Notes: generated by a model not told the origin, from the letters alone. A stretch of 63,118 nucleotides of DNA from Methanobacteriota archaeon (GCA_002722695.1 PBMS01000046.1:1-63118), one strand, 5' to 3'; positions 16,801-24,586 are shown, counted from the first letter of the stretch. Made by a program: numbers and translations.

Positions 16801-18757
16801 TGGCAAGGTCGGTGGAACCGGTGTAGGGTGCCCAAACAGGGTTCACTTCCCCTGGGGTTACCCACGCTGACAAAATCCAATTTCCGGTGGCGTTGGCGGC
16901 GTCGGGTCCAACGCCGGCGTGCGTGCTGTTGGGGGCGACGAGGGATTCGCCTTCGACGGTGTCGGACCACGAAACGGTGTCAACGGCGGCTCCGTTGATG
17001 TCGACCAGTCCGATGGAATCCGATGAGGTGTGTTTGAGGTAGAAACTGCTTGTACCGTTCAACGCGATGAGCACGGCTTCTCCGCCTTTGACGACGGTTG
17101 TGTCCTGCAACGGCATGTTGAACTCGTGCAGGGTCAGCGAGCGTGAAGCCGCTTGAAGTTTCCAACCCGCAACATCAACGTCCATCGTTCCGTAGTTGTA
17201 AAGCTCTATCCATTCACCCATCGGCCACATTTGGCTGTCGGAGCCGACGGCGTCTGGAAGCAGCTCAGAGAAACGGACGGTTGTGGCCGAAGGCATGCTT
17301 CCCGGTTCGGGCTGCCCGGGCGTCTTCCACGCAGCAGGGGTCCAAGAATCGGCTGGGTCGCTTCCTCGAATCAGCGCCATGTCCTCTCCGTAGTCGGTGG
17401 TGTAGTCGGCGGTGTCCACGACAGTTCCCGTCATGTCTCTTAGGAAGACGTGGTTGTAATTGTCCCAAAGTTGTGTAAAACTCGTAAACTGGACCAATCG
17501 TCGACCGTCGGGGTCGATGAAGGTCGCCCCTTGCGTGGTGTTGAACACGAGGGTGCCCGGGTCGATGTGGGTGATGTTGCCCAGCCCGTCCATGATGCTC
17601 CACCCCATCAGGTCGATTGAGTTGGTGCCAGTGTTGTGAATTTCGACCCATTCGCCGTCCGGGAATGCAGCACCGTCGTTGGTGGCGTTCGGGAGGATTT
17701 CCGTAATATGGACGTCTCCAACCTGTCGTGCCATCAGTTCCATCGGCAACGGGTTCATGGCTTCGGGGGTCGGGTAAGGTGCGTTGACCCAGGGTGTGTT
17801 TGGCTGACCTGCGTCCATCAGCGCAAAGCCTTGAACGGTTGACGTCCACGAAATCTCCTGGGACTTGCTGCCGTTGGGCCATTTCAGCGTGATGCTTTCG
17901 ACGCCGTTGTTGAGCAACCCGTAGCCTGTGGTTGAATTGACGGCGACGATCCGATGCTGGCCGGGGCTGATGAACATGCTCTGAGATGCGTTAACGAGGT
18001 GTGCGCTGTTGAACGGGAATGCATGACCAGCGGCGTCCTCAATGCTGTAACCCGTCAAGTCGATGTCCGATGTTCCCGTGTTCAGGATTTCAATCCATTC
18101 ACCGCCAGGCCACGATTCATTGTCGTCGCCGGGCCACGAATTGGCCATCACTTCGGTCATGATGATGTCACCCGGGATGAGGTTGTTCGAAACCGTCGCC
18201 GTGTTGACTTGACCCGGTGTCGGGTTGTTGGTTTGAACCCAGTTTGCGGTGGCGCTGCTTGGGTCTTGCTGGTAGCTCTTGCCGGATGTTACGCTTCCCC
18301 ACGTGGCCTGGTGGAGGTTGTTGTTGTTGCTGTCCACGAGGGTCATGGACATCCCGGTGTTGGTCATGTAAAAGCCGGAAAGTCCGTTTCGAGCGATAAC
18401 GACGTACTCCCCAGCGCTGATGGTCCATGTTGAGGCGTTGCCACTCTGGTAGCCGACGATGGTGGTTGAATTGAAATCCAAGCTTTGCGATGCGCTGTTC
18501 GTGACCTTCCATCCCGTCAGGTCCACGTCAAGGGTTCCGCTGTTGTACAGCTCCAACCATTCGCCACCGGGGTAGGTGGCGTCGTCGTACCCGTTCGGAT
18601 TTGGTATCACTTCATTGATGCAAATGGAGCCGGTGCACGCCGTTGACCGACCCGCCGTGTTGACACTCGCTTCAGAGGGCAGCGTGGTCAACAACGGGGA
18701 GGTCAGCGAAAGCAAAAACAAAACGATGAGGCTGGAGGCGGTTAGGGTCTTTTTCAT
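13871..18757 (-). CDS. membrane-anchored surface protein: signal peptide + 6 lamin-tail domains + double-HKD phospholipase D/nuclease module + TSP3-like Ca-binding repeats + TM + cytoplasmic tail
   Basis: Signal peptide MKKTLTASSLIVLFLLSL. There are six LTD cores: GGEWLELYN, GGEWIEILN, DGEWVEIHN, MGEWIELYN, TEDWVEVHN and DMEFIEISN, each followed by a ...L.GW.. segment. The HKD motifs are YIHSKVAVKDNASVWVGSGNW (nt about 15470-15529) and LHNKGVIVDGEHVLVSSINW (nt about 14860-14926). D-rich repeats include DTDQDRLTDAWE, DSDQDGLSNFAE and DTDGDCITDD. The TM helix is FFLILMILALVLSAGAYVIL. The start was trimmed from GTG 18766 to ATG 18757. Confidence 0.9.
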   Translation of the reverse strand: MKKTLTASSLIVLFLLSLTSPLLTTLPSEASVNTAGRSTACTGSICINEVIPNPNGYDDATYPGGEWLELYNSGTLDVDLTGWKVTNSASQSLDFNSTTIVGYQSGNASTWTISAGEYVVIARNGLSGFYMTNTGMSMTLVDSNNNNLHQATWGSVTSGKSYQQDPSSATANWVQTNNPTPGQVNTATVSNNLIPGDIIMTEVMANSWPGDDNESWPGGEWIEILNTGTSDIDLTGYSIEDAAGHAFPFNSAHLVNASQSMFISPGQHRIVAVNSTTGYGLLNNGVESITLKWPNGSKSQEISWTSTVQGFALMDAGQPNTPWVNAPYPTPEAMNPLPMELMARQVGDVHITEILPNATNDGAAFPDGEWVEIHNTGTNSIDLMGWSIMDGLGNITHIDPGTLVFNTTQGATFIDPDGRRLVQFTSFTQLWDNYNHVFLRDMTGTVVDTADYTTDYGEDMALIRGSDPADSWTPAAWKTPGQPEPGSMPSATTVRFSELLPDAVGSDSQMWPMGEWIELYNYGTMDVDVAGWKLQAASRSLTLHEFNMPLQDTTVVKGGEAVLIALNGTSSFYLKHTSSDSIGLVDINGAAVDTVSWSDTVEGESLVAPNSTHAGVGPDAANATGNWILSAWVTPGEVNPVWAPYTGSTDLAITEVLPYCNDDSIQPTEDWVEVHNTGATPLNISRWSVINAEGERRFMRLDSLWTEGNHTAKVLLNPDERAVFTMDEYILTGLGDAFDLLHPDGGSVDGASWTVITDCQTLMPGEQDSDDWQHALWPTPGQAEPNPADFATKDDLRFTRFMPSASTDISSDMEFIEISNQGEKLAVLNGWTMRTTTGSLSSYNATVSNLMIQPGSSVLLANDADAVRVYEDGNVVDADGALDRNFYFPNSGAALQLLDGSGAEVDTIVYGNGPVSVPGWNGIALAEPLANLDNLIYLRGSGCGDTPDTDTVADWHEQWSRLGGSTFCIDTSISTTASVTPLLGPEHGLTDLLAWINDASSSLHVHMYLLHEVHLVQAMIDAQNRGVEVTVVLDYGDSWWNQYDLDTQRGMATELLASGAQVSWFGDTGENPYAYIHSKVAVKDNASVWVGSGNWKSSSHPMPGEAGNRDWGVIVDDAGLATMVAAHLAFDENQAREHITPVVATDAPTGWTMPSASAIVGETAASIQGDVDAQLLVCPDNCIDDLVAVLDSADEEILLSLQYLDMDWSWGWGENPILESLEKAAQRNVRLRLILNGAYLDEDIQSVVDRFNEEWNHTLGYDTAAIVMSSDEVVTKLHNKGVIVDGEHVLVSSINWGDSALVRNREMGLVLSSEAIAGVYMNSWYEDWHRLDNATDTDQDRLTDAWEVAHGLNRTQRSVVGDALMDESMMDSDQDGLSNFAEQLHGGDPNNADTDGDCITDDLEVAWALATALNSSMDDVEPLAALTQWDADLDGTNDSEVLGCDLAGVDIQPVDDTGGTGTIVVDTDLDDDGILNGADQCPDTPVGVATDAEGCSSEQRAALVGDSTESSAGDSAESFFLILMILALVLSAGAYVILRGMRTESENVKDAISEAAFAEVSGGTVDNQGWQQPVLNASVSGATPEMLAKVPGWTAEMVEQYLAQGWTMDQLVTYYQEQVAQHTRTEQH
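14762..15830 (-). other. duplicated PLD-family (HxK(x)4D) catalytic module
   Basis: There are two HKD motifs in one chain. HKD1 has H at 15527-15529, K at 15521-15523 and D at 15506-15508. HKD2 has H at 14924-14926, K at 14918-14920 and D at 14903-14905. Each is followed by the GS.N / SS.N segment typical of the PLD superfamily. Confidence 0.8.
15990..18628 (-). repeat. array of six lamin-tail-domain (LTD) modules (protein-level tandem repeat, about 140 aa period)
   Basis: A recurrent pattern of [IV]x[IF][TN]E[VIL]xP..........P.GEW[ILV]E[ILV].N.G....[DN][ILV].GW is seen six times. Confidence 0.8.
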
Positions 18758-18775
18758 GAGGTTCACGTCCGATGT

Positions 18776-20278
18776 TCAAATGAAGCCAAAACTGTCGAAT
18801 TTTTGGGCAAAAGTGTAGATCATGATGGGCACGAGAATAATGCCCATTCCGTGTGAGCGACGGATGCCGATTCGTGGCGGGAGCAGGCCGATGATGGTGC
18901 CGACGATGAGGACGCCAATCCCGACGAATCCTGTTGAGAGCCAAACGAGGGCGACGACAAAGAGGATGACACCCATCACCATTTGCTGCAGTGGAATGGC
19001 AGCGTGCAATCGAAGCATCCCCATTCCAACATAGCGCATCATGGGCATGGCAAGAAGGCCAGCGGCGAGGGTAACCGCCAACAAGCGAATAAAATCGGAG
19101 GTTGGTTCAAGGGAGGACCACGTCTCGATGGGGTACATCATCTTCAACGCCAAGGTTGCACCTGAACGGGAACGGCTGATGATGTAGAGGAAACCGAGGA
19201 CCATCACGGTGACCGCAGTGTTGGTCGCCGAAAGGATGGCGATGATCTCCAAATCCTGTTTGGTCTGGGGGCCTTCAACGCCCTCTTCGGCTTCGGCCTT
19301 TGCGATTTCCAGGAGTTCATCGTCGCTCAGTTCAGTCAACCGACGTGTTTCCCAATCCATGCCGAAACCTTGCTTCCCCTGGGCTTTTGCCGCCAGGTTC
19401 CGCCCGCCCATCACGAGGACGGTGGCTTGCGAGGCGGTCATTCCGGGCAGCACCCCCATGGAGGCACCAGCCACGCTCGACCAGAAGCAGGGGACGACGA
19501 GGGGTCGGGTGGGCGGCAGGGCCCAATTTTCACGCTGTGGGGGGAGGTGCGAGGTCGTTGCGTAGATGTCGAGGAGATTGGCAATACCGAACAAACCGGC
19601 CAAGCTTGGCAGCAGCAGGCTGGCATCGGGCATGCCGATCGGGGAGCGTGCGGGCAAGGTGAACACACCCCATCCATACATGCCTGCCAGCAGGAAGAAG
19701 GCCGTGGCTGCGAGAAACCCTGCAAAACGCGAGTCGCGACCGAGCACGCCTCGAGTTGATTTCTGCATCCACATCGGCCAGTCGAGCCGGGTGGTCTCGG
19801 TGGCCAAGAGCAAAAGCGAGATGGCGAGGAGGACGAAGGGAAGGACGGATCGGAGGTCGTCGTACCATCCCAGTTCTGGGCCAAACGCGATGCGAGCCAA
19901 CACGATCAACGGCAACGACAGGAACAGCCCCAATTGCGAGCCTCGAGCCGACCAGGCAACGCCTCGCGCAGCATTACCGGAAAGCAGCATGCGATGGCCG
20001 GGAAGCAGGGACAGCGCGGTGTCCCCATCCGGTGCCCCAATCAGAGCCGACGGTATGTAGTTGAGGAAGGTGTGAACGGTGCCCGTCGACACGATGATGG
20101 CGGCCACCGAAGCAAGAGGTATGCCCAAATCCAACAGAGCGGGCGAGAGCGCCAACAAAATCAGGGCGACGTTGTTCACGTGAAAACCAGGAATGAGTCC
20201 GGTCAGTGAACCCAGCATCACGCCGAAGAACAAAGCGCCCAACAACCATGCAAGGTCCAAGAAATACCCCTCGAGCAT
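18776..20278 (-). CDS. TctA-family (DUF112/COG1784-like) polytopic membrane protein
   Basis: GSLTGLIPGFHVNNVALILLAL...IPSALIGAPDGDTALSLLPGHRMLLSGNAARGV resembles the TctA/DUF112 signature. There are at least 10 hydrophobic helices with a central soluble loop. It lies 9 nt upstream of the LTD-PLD gene. Confidence 0.65.
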   Translation of the reverse strand: MLEGYFLDLAWLLGALFFGVMLGSLTGLIPGFHVNNVALILLALSPALLDLGIPLASVAAIIVSTGTVHTFLNYIPSALIGAPDGDTALSLLPGHRMLLSGNAARGVAWSARGSQLGLFLSLPLIVLARIAFGPELGWYDDLRSVLPFVLLAISLLLLATETTRLDWPMWMQKSTRGVLGRDSRFAGFLAATAFFLLAGMYGWGVFTLPARSPIGMPDASLLLPSLAGLFGIANLLDIYATTSHLPPQRENWALPPTRPLVVPCFWSSVAGASMGVLPGMTASQATVLVMGGRNLAAKAQGKQGFGMDWETRRLTELSDDELLEIAKAEAEEGVEGPQTKQDLEIIAILSATNTAVTVMVLGFLYIISRSRSGATLALKMMYPIETWSSLEPTSDFIRLLAVTLAAGLLAMPMMRYVGMGMLRLHAAIPLQQMVMGVILFVVALVWLSTGFVGIGVLIVGTIIGLLPPRIGIRRSHGMGIILVPIMIYTFAQKFDSFGFI

Positions 20279-20287
20279 GCGTTCACC

Positions 20288-22039
20288 TCAGGATTGATTG
20301 TTCACGTGCTCTTCTCGGTCGGAGACACCGTCGTCGTTGCTGTCTTCGGAGGTCGAGGACGTGCCGATTTGATCTTCAAGCGTGTCGCCCAGTCCGTCGC
20401 CGTCGCTGTCCAGCACATCGGCTTGGTCCAGAGTGTAGACCAGACTCATGCCGTCGTCGCTCTGCACTTGCCGCAGGCGGCCGGACCAGGTCATGGACTG
20501 GTCGAGGTGGTACTCGTCGACCCCGATGGCTTGACTCTGGAGGTTGAGAACCACCGAATCGTTGGAACCTTCTCGGACGAGGTGCCACTGGCCGTCCGTT
20601 TCGATGGCTTTGCCGTTGAGCAGAACGTTTTGGTCTCGGGCATAACTCCACTGGGTCGCTCCATCGTCCCAGAGGAGGGTCCGGGATGAGGGGACCGTTC
20701 CAAGCGTGTAATCGTGGACGACCAGTCGTATTCGCATGTCCTCGTCGTCCCACGACACCGAGACGTTGGCGATGATGTTCTGGCCGGTCTCCAGCCAGGC
20801 CGTGCGGGGTCCGGGAACGGACACCGCCACGGTGGTCCAACCGGGTGTGTAGGCCGCAGCGTCCACAAAATACGCTTCTTCATTTTCAACGCCGGGCTCC
20901 ACGGCGTACTTGACGTAGGCCGAGAGCGTGTAGGTCGCTTCCGGGTCGGCCACCATTCCGACGGGGTCCGCCGACAGCATGGCGAGGAGTCGGATGGGTG
21001 TTTCTGGATTGATGAGCGTCGGGGAACCACCCTCGTTCGCGTCGATGCACCAACCGTTTTCGGATTCAGACCACAGCAGACGACCTTCCACGGTTTCCAC
21101 AGTGTTGTGGACCGAAGTTGCCTCGTCCCTCGCTCGGTCTGCATCGCTGGGCAGCAAGCAAATGCTGGTTCCGCTTGGCCCGTACAGACGCCAGATCTCC
21201 GACCCGTTGGCCAGCGTCCCGGTCATGGTGACGGTCTGGCCGGATTGGTAACTCCACGTCGCCTCAGCGTTCCAGTCGAGCTGGGGAGGAGAAATGAGGT
21301 GGTTCCTGTCGACAAGAATCTCAGGCCCTTGGACCTGCAAACTCCACCGGAGGTCCCGCGTTTGATAATTGAGGGTGCCCGTGACTTCGATCTTGGAACT
21401 TGCTTCGATCCAGTCACCGATGGCCGAACGGATGATCAGGTGCATTTGGTGCTCAGAATTGCCGTAGTTGGGATGATCGCCAAGGTATGCGGACGTGAAG
21501 GTGGAGTCGGGTGCAATGGCCTCTCCAATGAAGCCCGTGAGGCTGATCACTTTTCCGTCGTAGGCGGCCGGATTTTGAGCCACATCAGCGATCGCCAGCC
21601 TCTCCACCTCGGGCAGGTCGGCCGATGTCCATTCCATCGCTCCCGCTCCAAGCGACTGAATCCATATTCTGCCGTCGTACTCAATGACGTCACCCATGAC
21701 GGTCACCGTTGTACCAATGGGCGGCATTTCGCCCGGACGATACCATCGGGATTCCACCACGCCTGTTCCATCGTCAATGATGGCGTCAACCCGATCGTCC
21801 CCCGAGGCGTAGGGGTCTTCCACCCAAGAGATGAGAGTGCCCTCAACCTTGACGACTTCGTTTTTGTATTCCAGCAACTGGCGGATTTCAATGACCTCGG
21901 GCTCGCGGACGTAGGCGTACCAGTTGAGCGTGGCCACGAGGAACATGGCAAGGGCAAACATCACCCACAATTGCTGGCCCCGCGTCTCGGGGTCGTCGTT
22001 GGTGATGCGGTCCATAAGTCCCTTCACCGCATCGGCCAT
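20288..22039 (-). CDS. hypothetical N-terminally anchored extracellular protein with OB-fold-like modules and C-terminal TSP3-like acidic repeats
   Basis: N-terminal TM LWVMFALAMFLVATLNWYAYV. Repeated V.V.G.L....D....D...DDGTG....R......G..V.V.G.V..Y.G patterns are tRNA_anti/BOF-like. The C-terminus reads DSDGDGLGDTLED...DSNDDGVSDREE. There is no recognisable catalytic motif. Confidence 0.65.
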   Translation of the reverse strand: MADAVKGLMDRITNDDPETRGQQLWVMFALAMFLVATLNWYAYVREPEVIEIRQLLEYKNEVVKVEGTLISWVEDPYASGDDRVDAIIDDGTGVVESRWYRPGEMPPIGTTVTVMGDVIEYDGRIWIQSLGAGAMEWTSADLPEVERLAIADVAQNPAAYDGKVISLTGFIGEAIAPDSTFTSAYLGDHPNYGNSEHQMHLIIRSAIGDWIEASSKIEVTGTLNYQTRDLRWSLQVQGPEILVDRNHLISPPQLDWNAEATWSYQSGQTVTMTGTLANGSEIWRLYGPSGTSICLLPSDADRARDEATSVHNTVETVEGRLLWSESENGWCIDANEGGSPTLINPETPIRLLAMLSADPVGMVADPEATYTLSAYVKYAVEPGVENEEAYFVDAAAYTPGWTTVAVSVPGPRTAWLETGQNIIANVSVSWDDEDMRIRLVVHDYTLGTVPSSRTLLWDDGATQWSYARDQNVLLNGKAIETDGQWHLVREGSNDSVVLNLQSQAIGVDEYHLDQSMTWSGRLRQVQSDDGMSLVYTLDQADVLDSDGDGLGDTLEDQIGTSSTSEDSNDDGVSDREEHVNNQS

Positions 22040-22108
22040 GCATCTGCGTGCAAACGACCATGCTTAGGCGTTGTCTTCTTCGTCGCTGGTCGGGTTCCCG
22101 AGAAGGGC

Positions 22109-22114
22109 TATAAA
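22109..22114 (+). promoter_or_regulatory. candidate TATA box (TATAAA) for the HD-domain gene
   Basis: GGGCTATAAAGAAACG lies 25-30 nt upstream of the ATG at 22139, which matches archaeal leaderless promoter geometry. It sits in the 99-nt divergent intergenic region. Confidence 0.4.
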
Positions 22115-22138
22115 GAAACGACTGGACGGCAAGCCATC

Positions 22139-23440
22139 ATGAACGGTCGAGACCGCGTGATTCGCGACGAGATTCACCGGGACATTTTGGTCCCTGCTGC
22201 TCACGCCGTCATCATCGACACGCCTGAGTTTCAGCGTCTACGAGCCATTCAGCAACTTTCGACGTGCGAATACGTCTTTCCAGCCGCCACCCACAATCGC
22301 TTTGCCCATTCCCTTGGCGCCTATCACCTTGCAGGATGTCTGGCTGCGCACCTCAACGATGTCCACCCCGGTCTGATTTCCGAAGACGATGAGGAACTCG
22401 TTCAACTTGCAGCGTTGCTTCACGACATCGGCCACCCACCCTATTCCCACCTCCTCGAAACCCCCCGGGTCTACGCCACCTTTCGCTCGCACGAGGCCTG
22501 GGGTCGCGACATTTTGGAATCCACATCCACCGCCATCGGCGTCGCGGTGCGAGAGGTGCTGGGAGAGCGCCGTTTGGGTCGACTGTTTGCACTGATGGAC
22601 GGGGCTGATGAACACGATGGGCAACCCATTCCCAGATTCATGAAGGAAATCGTCAGCAGCCAACTTGACGTGGATCGGATGGACTACATGATTCGGGATC
22701 AAGCCAACACGGGTGCACAAATTGGAGGCTTTGACAGCGCACGCGTCATCCGAGCCCTCCGGGTCGGAGACGATGGACGCATGTACGTGAAGCGGTGGGG
22801 GCTACCGGCCATCGAAGCCTACCTCGTCACACGGTACCACATGTACCAGCAGGTCTACTTCCACAAGGTCAACATGCTCACGCAGGCTTACCTCGTCAAC
22901 ATGCTCGAGCGAGCCAAGGAACTGGCAACGACCGGGGACCTCGTGGTCTCAAAGGAACTTGAGCACATGCTGCTCAACGAAGCGTTGTCCCCCGACGAGT
23001 ACGTCCTGCTCAACGACGCTCACATCAAGGTCGCTCTCCCCGCTTGGGCCAACCACAGCGATGCAAAACTCTCGGGCTACGCCGGCCGGCTCCTGGCGCG
23101 AAAGAATTTCCACAAATCCCTCCGCATCGACCATCTCACCGTGGAAATGTGCGATGTGGTCATCCCGCGGATAGGTGCATCTCTTTCCGAGATGGGCTAC
23201 GATGTTGAATTCGACTTGATTCAGGCGACCATCCGAAAGCGAGGCTACCTCCCCTACAACGGCGGTATTTTGCTGGAAGACGGGCGAGACGCATCCGAAC
23301 ATTCGGCGTTGATTCAATCGTTGGCCCAGCCTCACGAGCGGTGTCTCATCTTCGTCCCGGAAGCCGTTCGGGACGAATTGGAGCGGAACGTTCGTGAATG
23401 GATCAAACCGTCTCAATCATCCCTTGCTCAATTTGACTGA
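22139..23440 (+). CDS. HD-domain phosphohydrolase (SAMHD1/COG1078-like, putative dNTP triphosphohydrolase)
   Basis: TPEFQRLRAIQQLS...THNRFAHSLGAYHLAG, LLHDIGHPPYSH and DVDRMDYMIRD are the three conserved blocks of this HD family. The first 475 codons of the track ORF (20714-) are an antisense shadow of the 20288-22039 gene. Confidence 0.85.
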   Translation: MNGRDRVIRDEIHRDILVPAAHAVIIDTPEFQRLRAIQQLSTCEYVFPAATHNRFAHSLGAYHLAGCLAAHLNDVHPGLISEDDEELVQLAALLHDIGHPPYSHLLETPRVYATFRSHEAWGRDILESTSTAIGVAVREVLGERRLGRLFALMDGADEHDGQPIPRFMKEIVSSQLDVDRMDYMIRDQANTGAQIGGFDSARVIRALRVGDDGRMYVKRWGLPAIEAYLVTRYHMYQQVYFHKVNMLTQAYLVNMLERAKELATTGDLVVSKELEHMLLNEALSPDEYVLLNDAHIKVALPAWANHSDAKLSGYAGRLLARKNFHKSLRIDHLTVEMCDVVIPRIGASLSEMGYDVEFDLIQATIRKRGYLPYNGGILLEDGRDASEHSALIQSLAQPHERCLIFVPEAVRDELERNVREWIKPSQSSLAQFD

Positions 23441-23481
23441 GCGGGCGAAGGTTCATGATGCGATTGTTTGAGTCCAGCACG

Positions 23482-23555
23482 GGGCCCGTAGCTTAGTTGG
23501 TTAGAGCGCCCGGCTCATAACCGGGAGGTCAGGGGTTCAACTCCCTTCGGGCCCA
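23482..23555 (+). tRNA. tRNA with CAT anticodon (elongator Met or Ile2)
   Basis: GGGCCCG-TA-GCTT-AGTTGGTTA-GAGC-G-CCCGG-CTCATAA-CCGGG-AGGTC-AGGGG-TTCAACT-CCCTT-CGGGCCC-A, 74 nt, a clean cloverleaf. It is not an initiator type, since it lacks the AGCGGG acceptor. Confidence 0.9.
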
Positions 23556-23650
23556 CCTCTTCAGTGGCTTGCAAGGTTGCCTTCATTTCGCACAACAGAC
23601 CCATAATGGTTATGAGGTGGGGGGGGTTGGGAAGAACGATTGGTGAGACT

Positions 23651-24586
23651 ATGTCGGCATGGAAGCGAGTCGCTGCTTTGATGGGAATTTACCTCTGTTC
23701 GCTTATGGTGGTCGCTGTTCCAGCGGCCGCACAGGTGTCCGGTGCTGCGGTTTCCATGACCTGTGCGCCTGGTCAAATCCAGGTCGAAGTCAAACCCGGT
23801 GCCACCCTCACGGGCTACACCACCTGCACGGTGTCCAACCCCACGGCCTATGTGGAAAAGGTCGCTATACAGGTCACCAGCGATGGATTGGCCACCGCCG
23901 CTCCCGGCGACATGTACGTTGGAGCGAGTCAGGAAGTTGATTTCCAAGTCGTCGTCCGAGCCAACCCCTACATGCAGATGCAATCCCGCCAGCTAACCGT
24001 CTCCGCCTCGGTGCAGGAAATTAACAACCTCCCACCTCCCAACACAGCTTCCTCGCAAGTCAACGCTCTGATCAACATCATGCAGTTCAGCATCGTCCAA
24101 GTTGAAGCGGTTGAACCCTTTGTCCAACTGATGCCGAAGACCGACAAGAACTTCCAGTTCAAGGTGTACAACTTCGGAAACCAAATCGACCGAATGAAAA
24201 TCGGCGTAACCGAGAACACTCGTGAAACCTTGGAAGAGGCCGGCTTCACCGTCAACCTCCCACAAACCGTGGTCACCATCGAGCCCAACACCGCTCCTGA
24301 AACCGCTCGCATCATGGTCCGCACACCCAAGAATCAAGGCTGGTCCGACGCCTACCACGTGCTCGAGTTCTACGCCGAGTCCGAGTTCGCTTGCCAGAAC
24401 GGCGGCTGCAACCGAGAGTCCCAGATGATCACCGTCTACGTTCGTGGCGTGTACCTGCCCGGCTTCGAAATCGTTCCGGCCATCTCCATGATTGCACTGG
24501 CTGGGGCCGTTGCTGGGCGTCGCTTCCTCAACACCGAAGAAGAGGGTGAGGAAGAGGCCTGGCGAGAATCGGCCCCCGGTCTCTGA
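23651..24586 (+). CDS. secreted hypothetical protein with PGF-CTERM-like anchor
   Basis: Signal peptide MSAWKRVAALMGIYLCSLMVVAVPAAAQ. The body is beta-rich. The C-terminus has LPGFEIVPAISMIALAGAVAGRR followed by an acidic tail of 21 aa. The start was trimmed to ATG 23651, which has GGTGAG 3 nt upstream. Confidence 0.7.
   Translation: MSAWKRVAALMGIYLCSLMVVAVPAAAQVSGAAVSMTCAPGQIQVEVKPGATLTGYTTCTVSNPTAYVEKVAIQVTSDGLATAAPGDMYVGASQEVDFQVVVRANPYMQMQSRQLTVSASVQEINNLPPPNTASSQVNALINIMQFSIVQVEAVEPFVQLMPKTDKNFQFKVYNFGNQIDRMKIGVTENTRETLEEAGFTVNLPQTVVTIEPNTAPETARIMVRTPKNQGWSDAYHVLEFYAESEFACQNGGCNRESQMITVYVRGVYLPGFEIVPAISMIALAGAVAGRRFLNTEEEGEEEAWRESAPGL

Noticed and set aside
20714-22138. The first 475 or so codons of the 908-aa plus-strand track ORF 20714-23440
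   Set aside because: This part lies antisense to the well-supported 583-aa gene 20288-22039. Its composition is R/G/H/P-rich with no motifs. The recognisable HD-domain protein begins at the ATG at 22139, behind a TATAAA box.
23441-23481. C-box-like ATGATGC upstream of tRNA-CAT (a possible C/D box sRNA)
   Set aside because: The C box is imperfect and there is no D box (CTGA) or terminal stem in the 40-nt interval.
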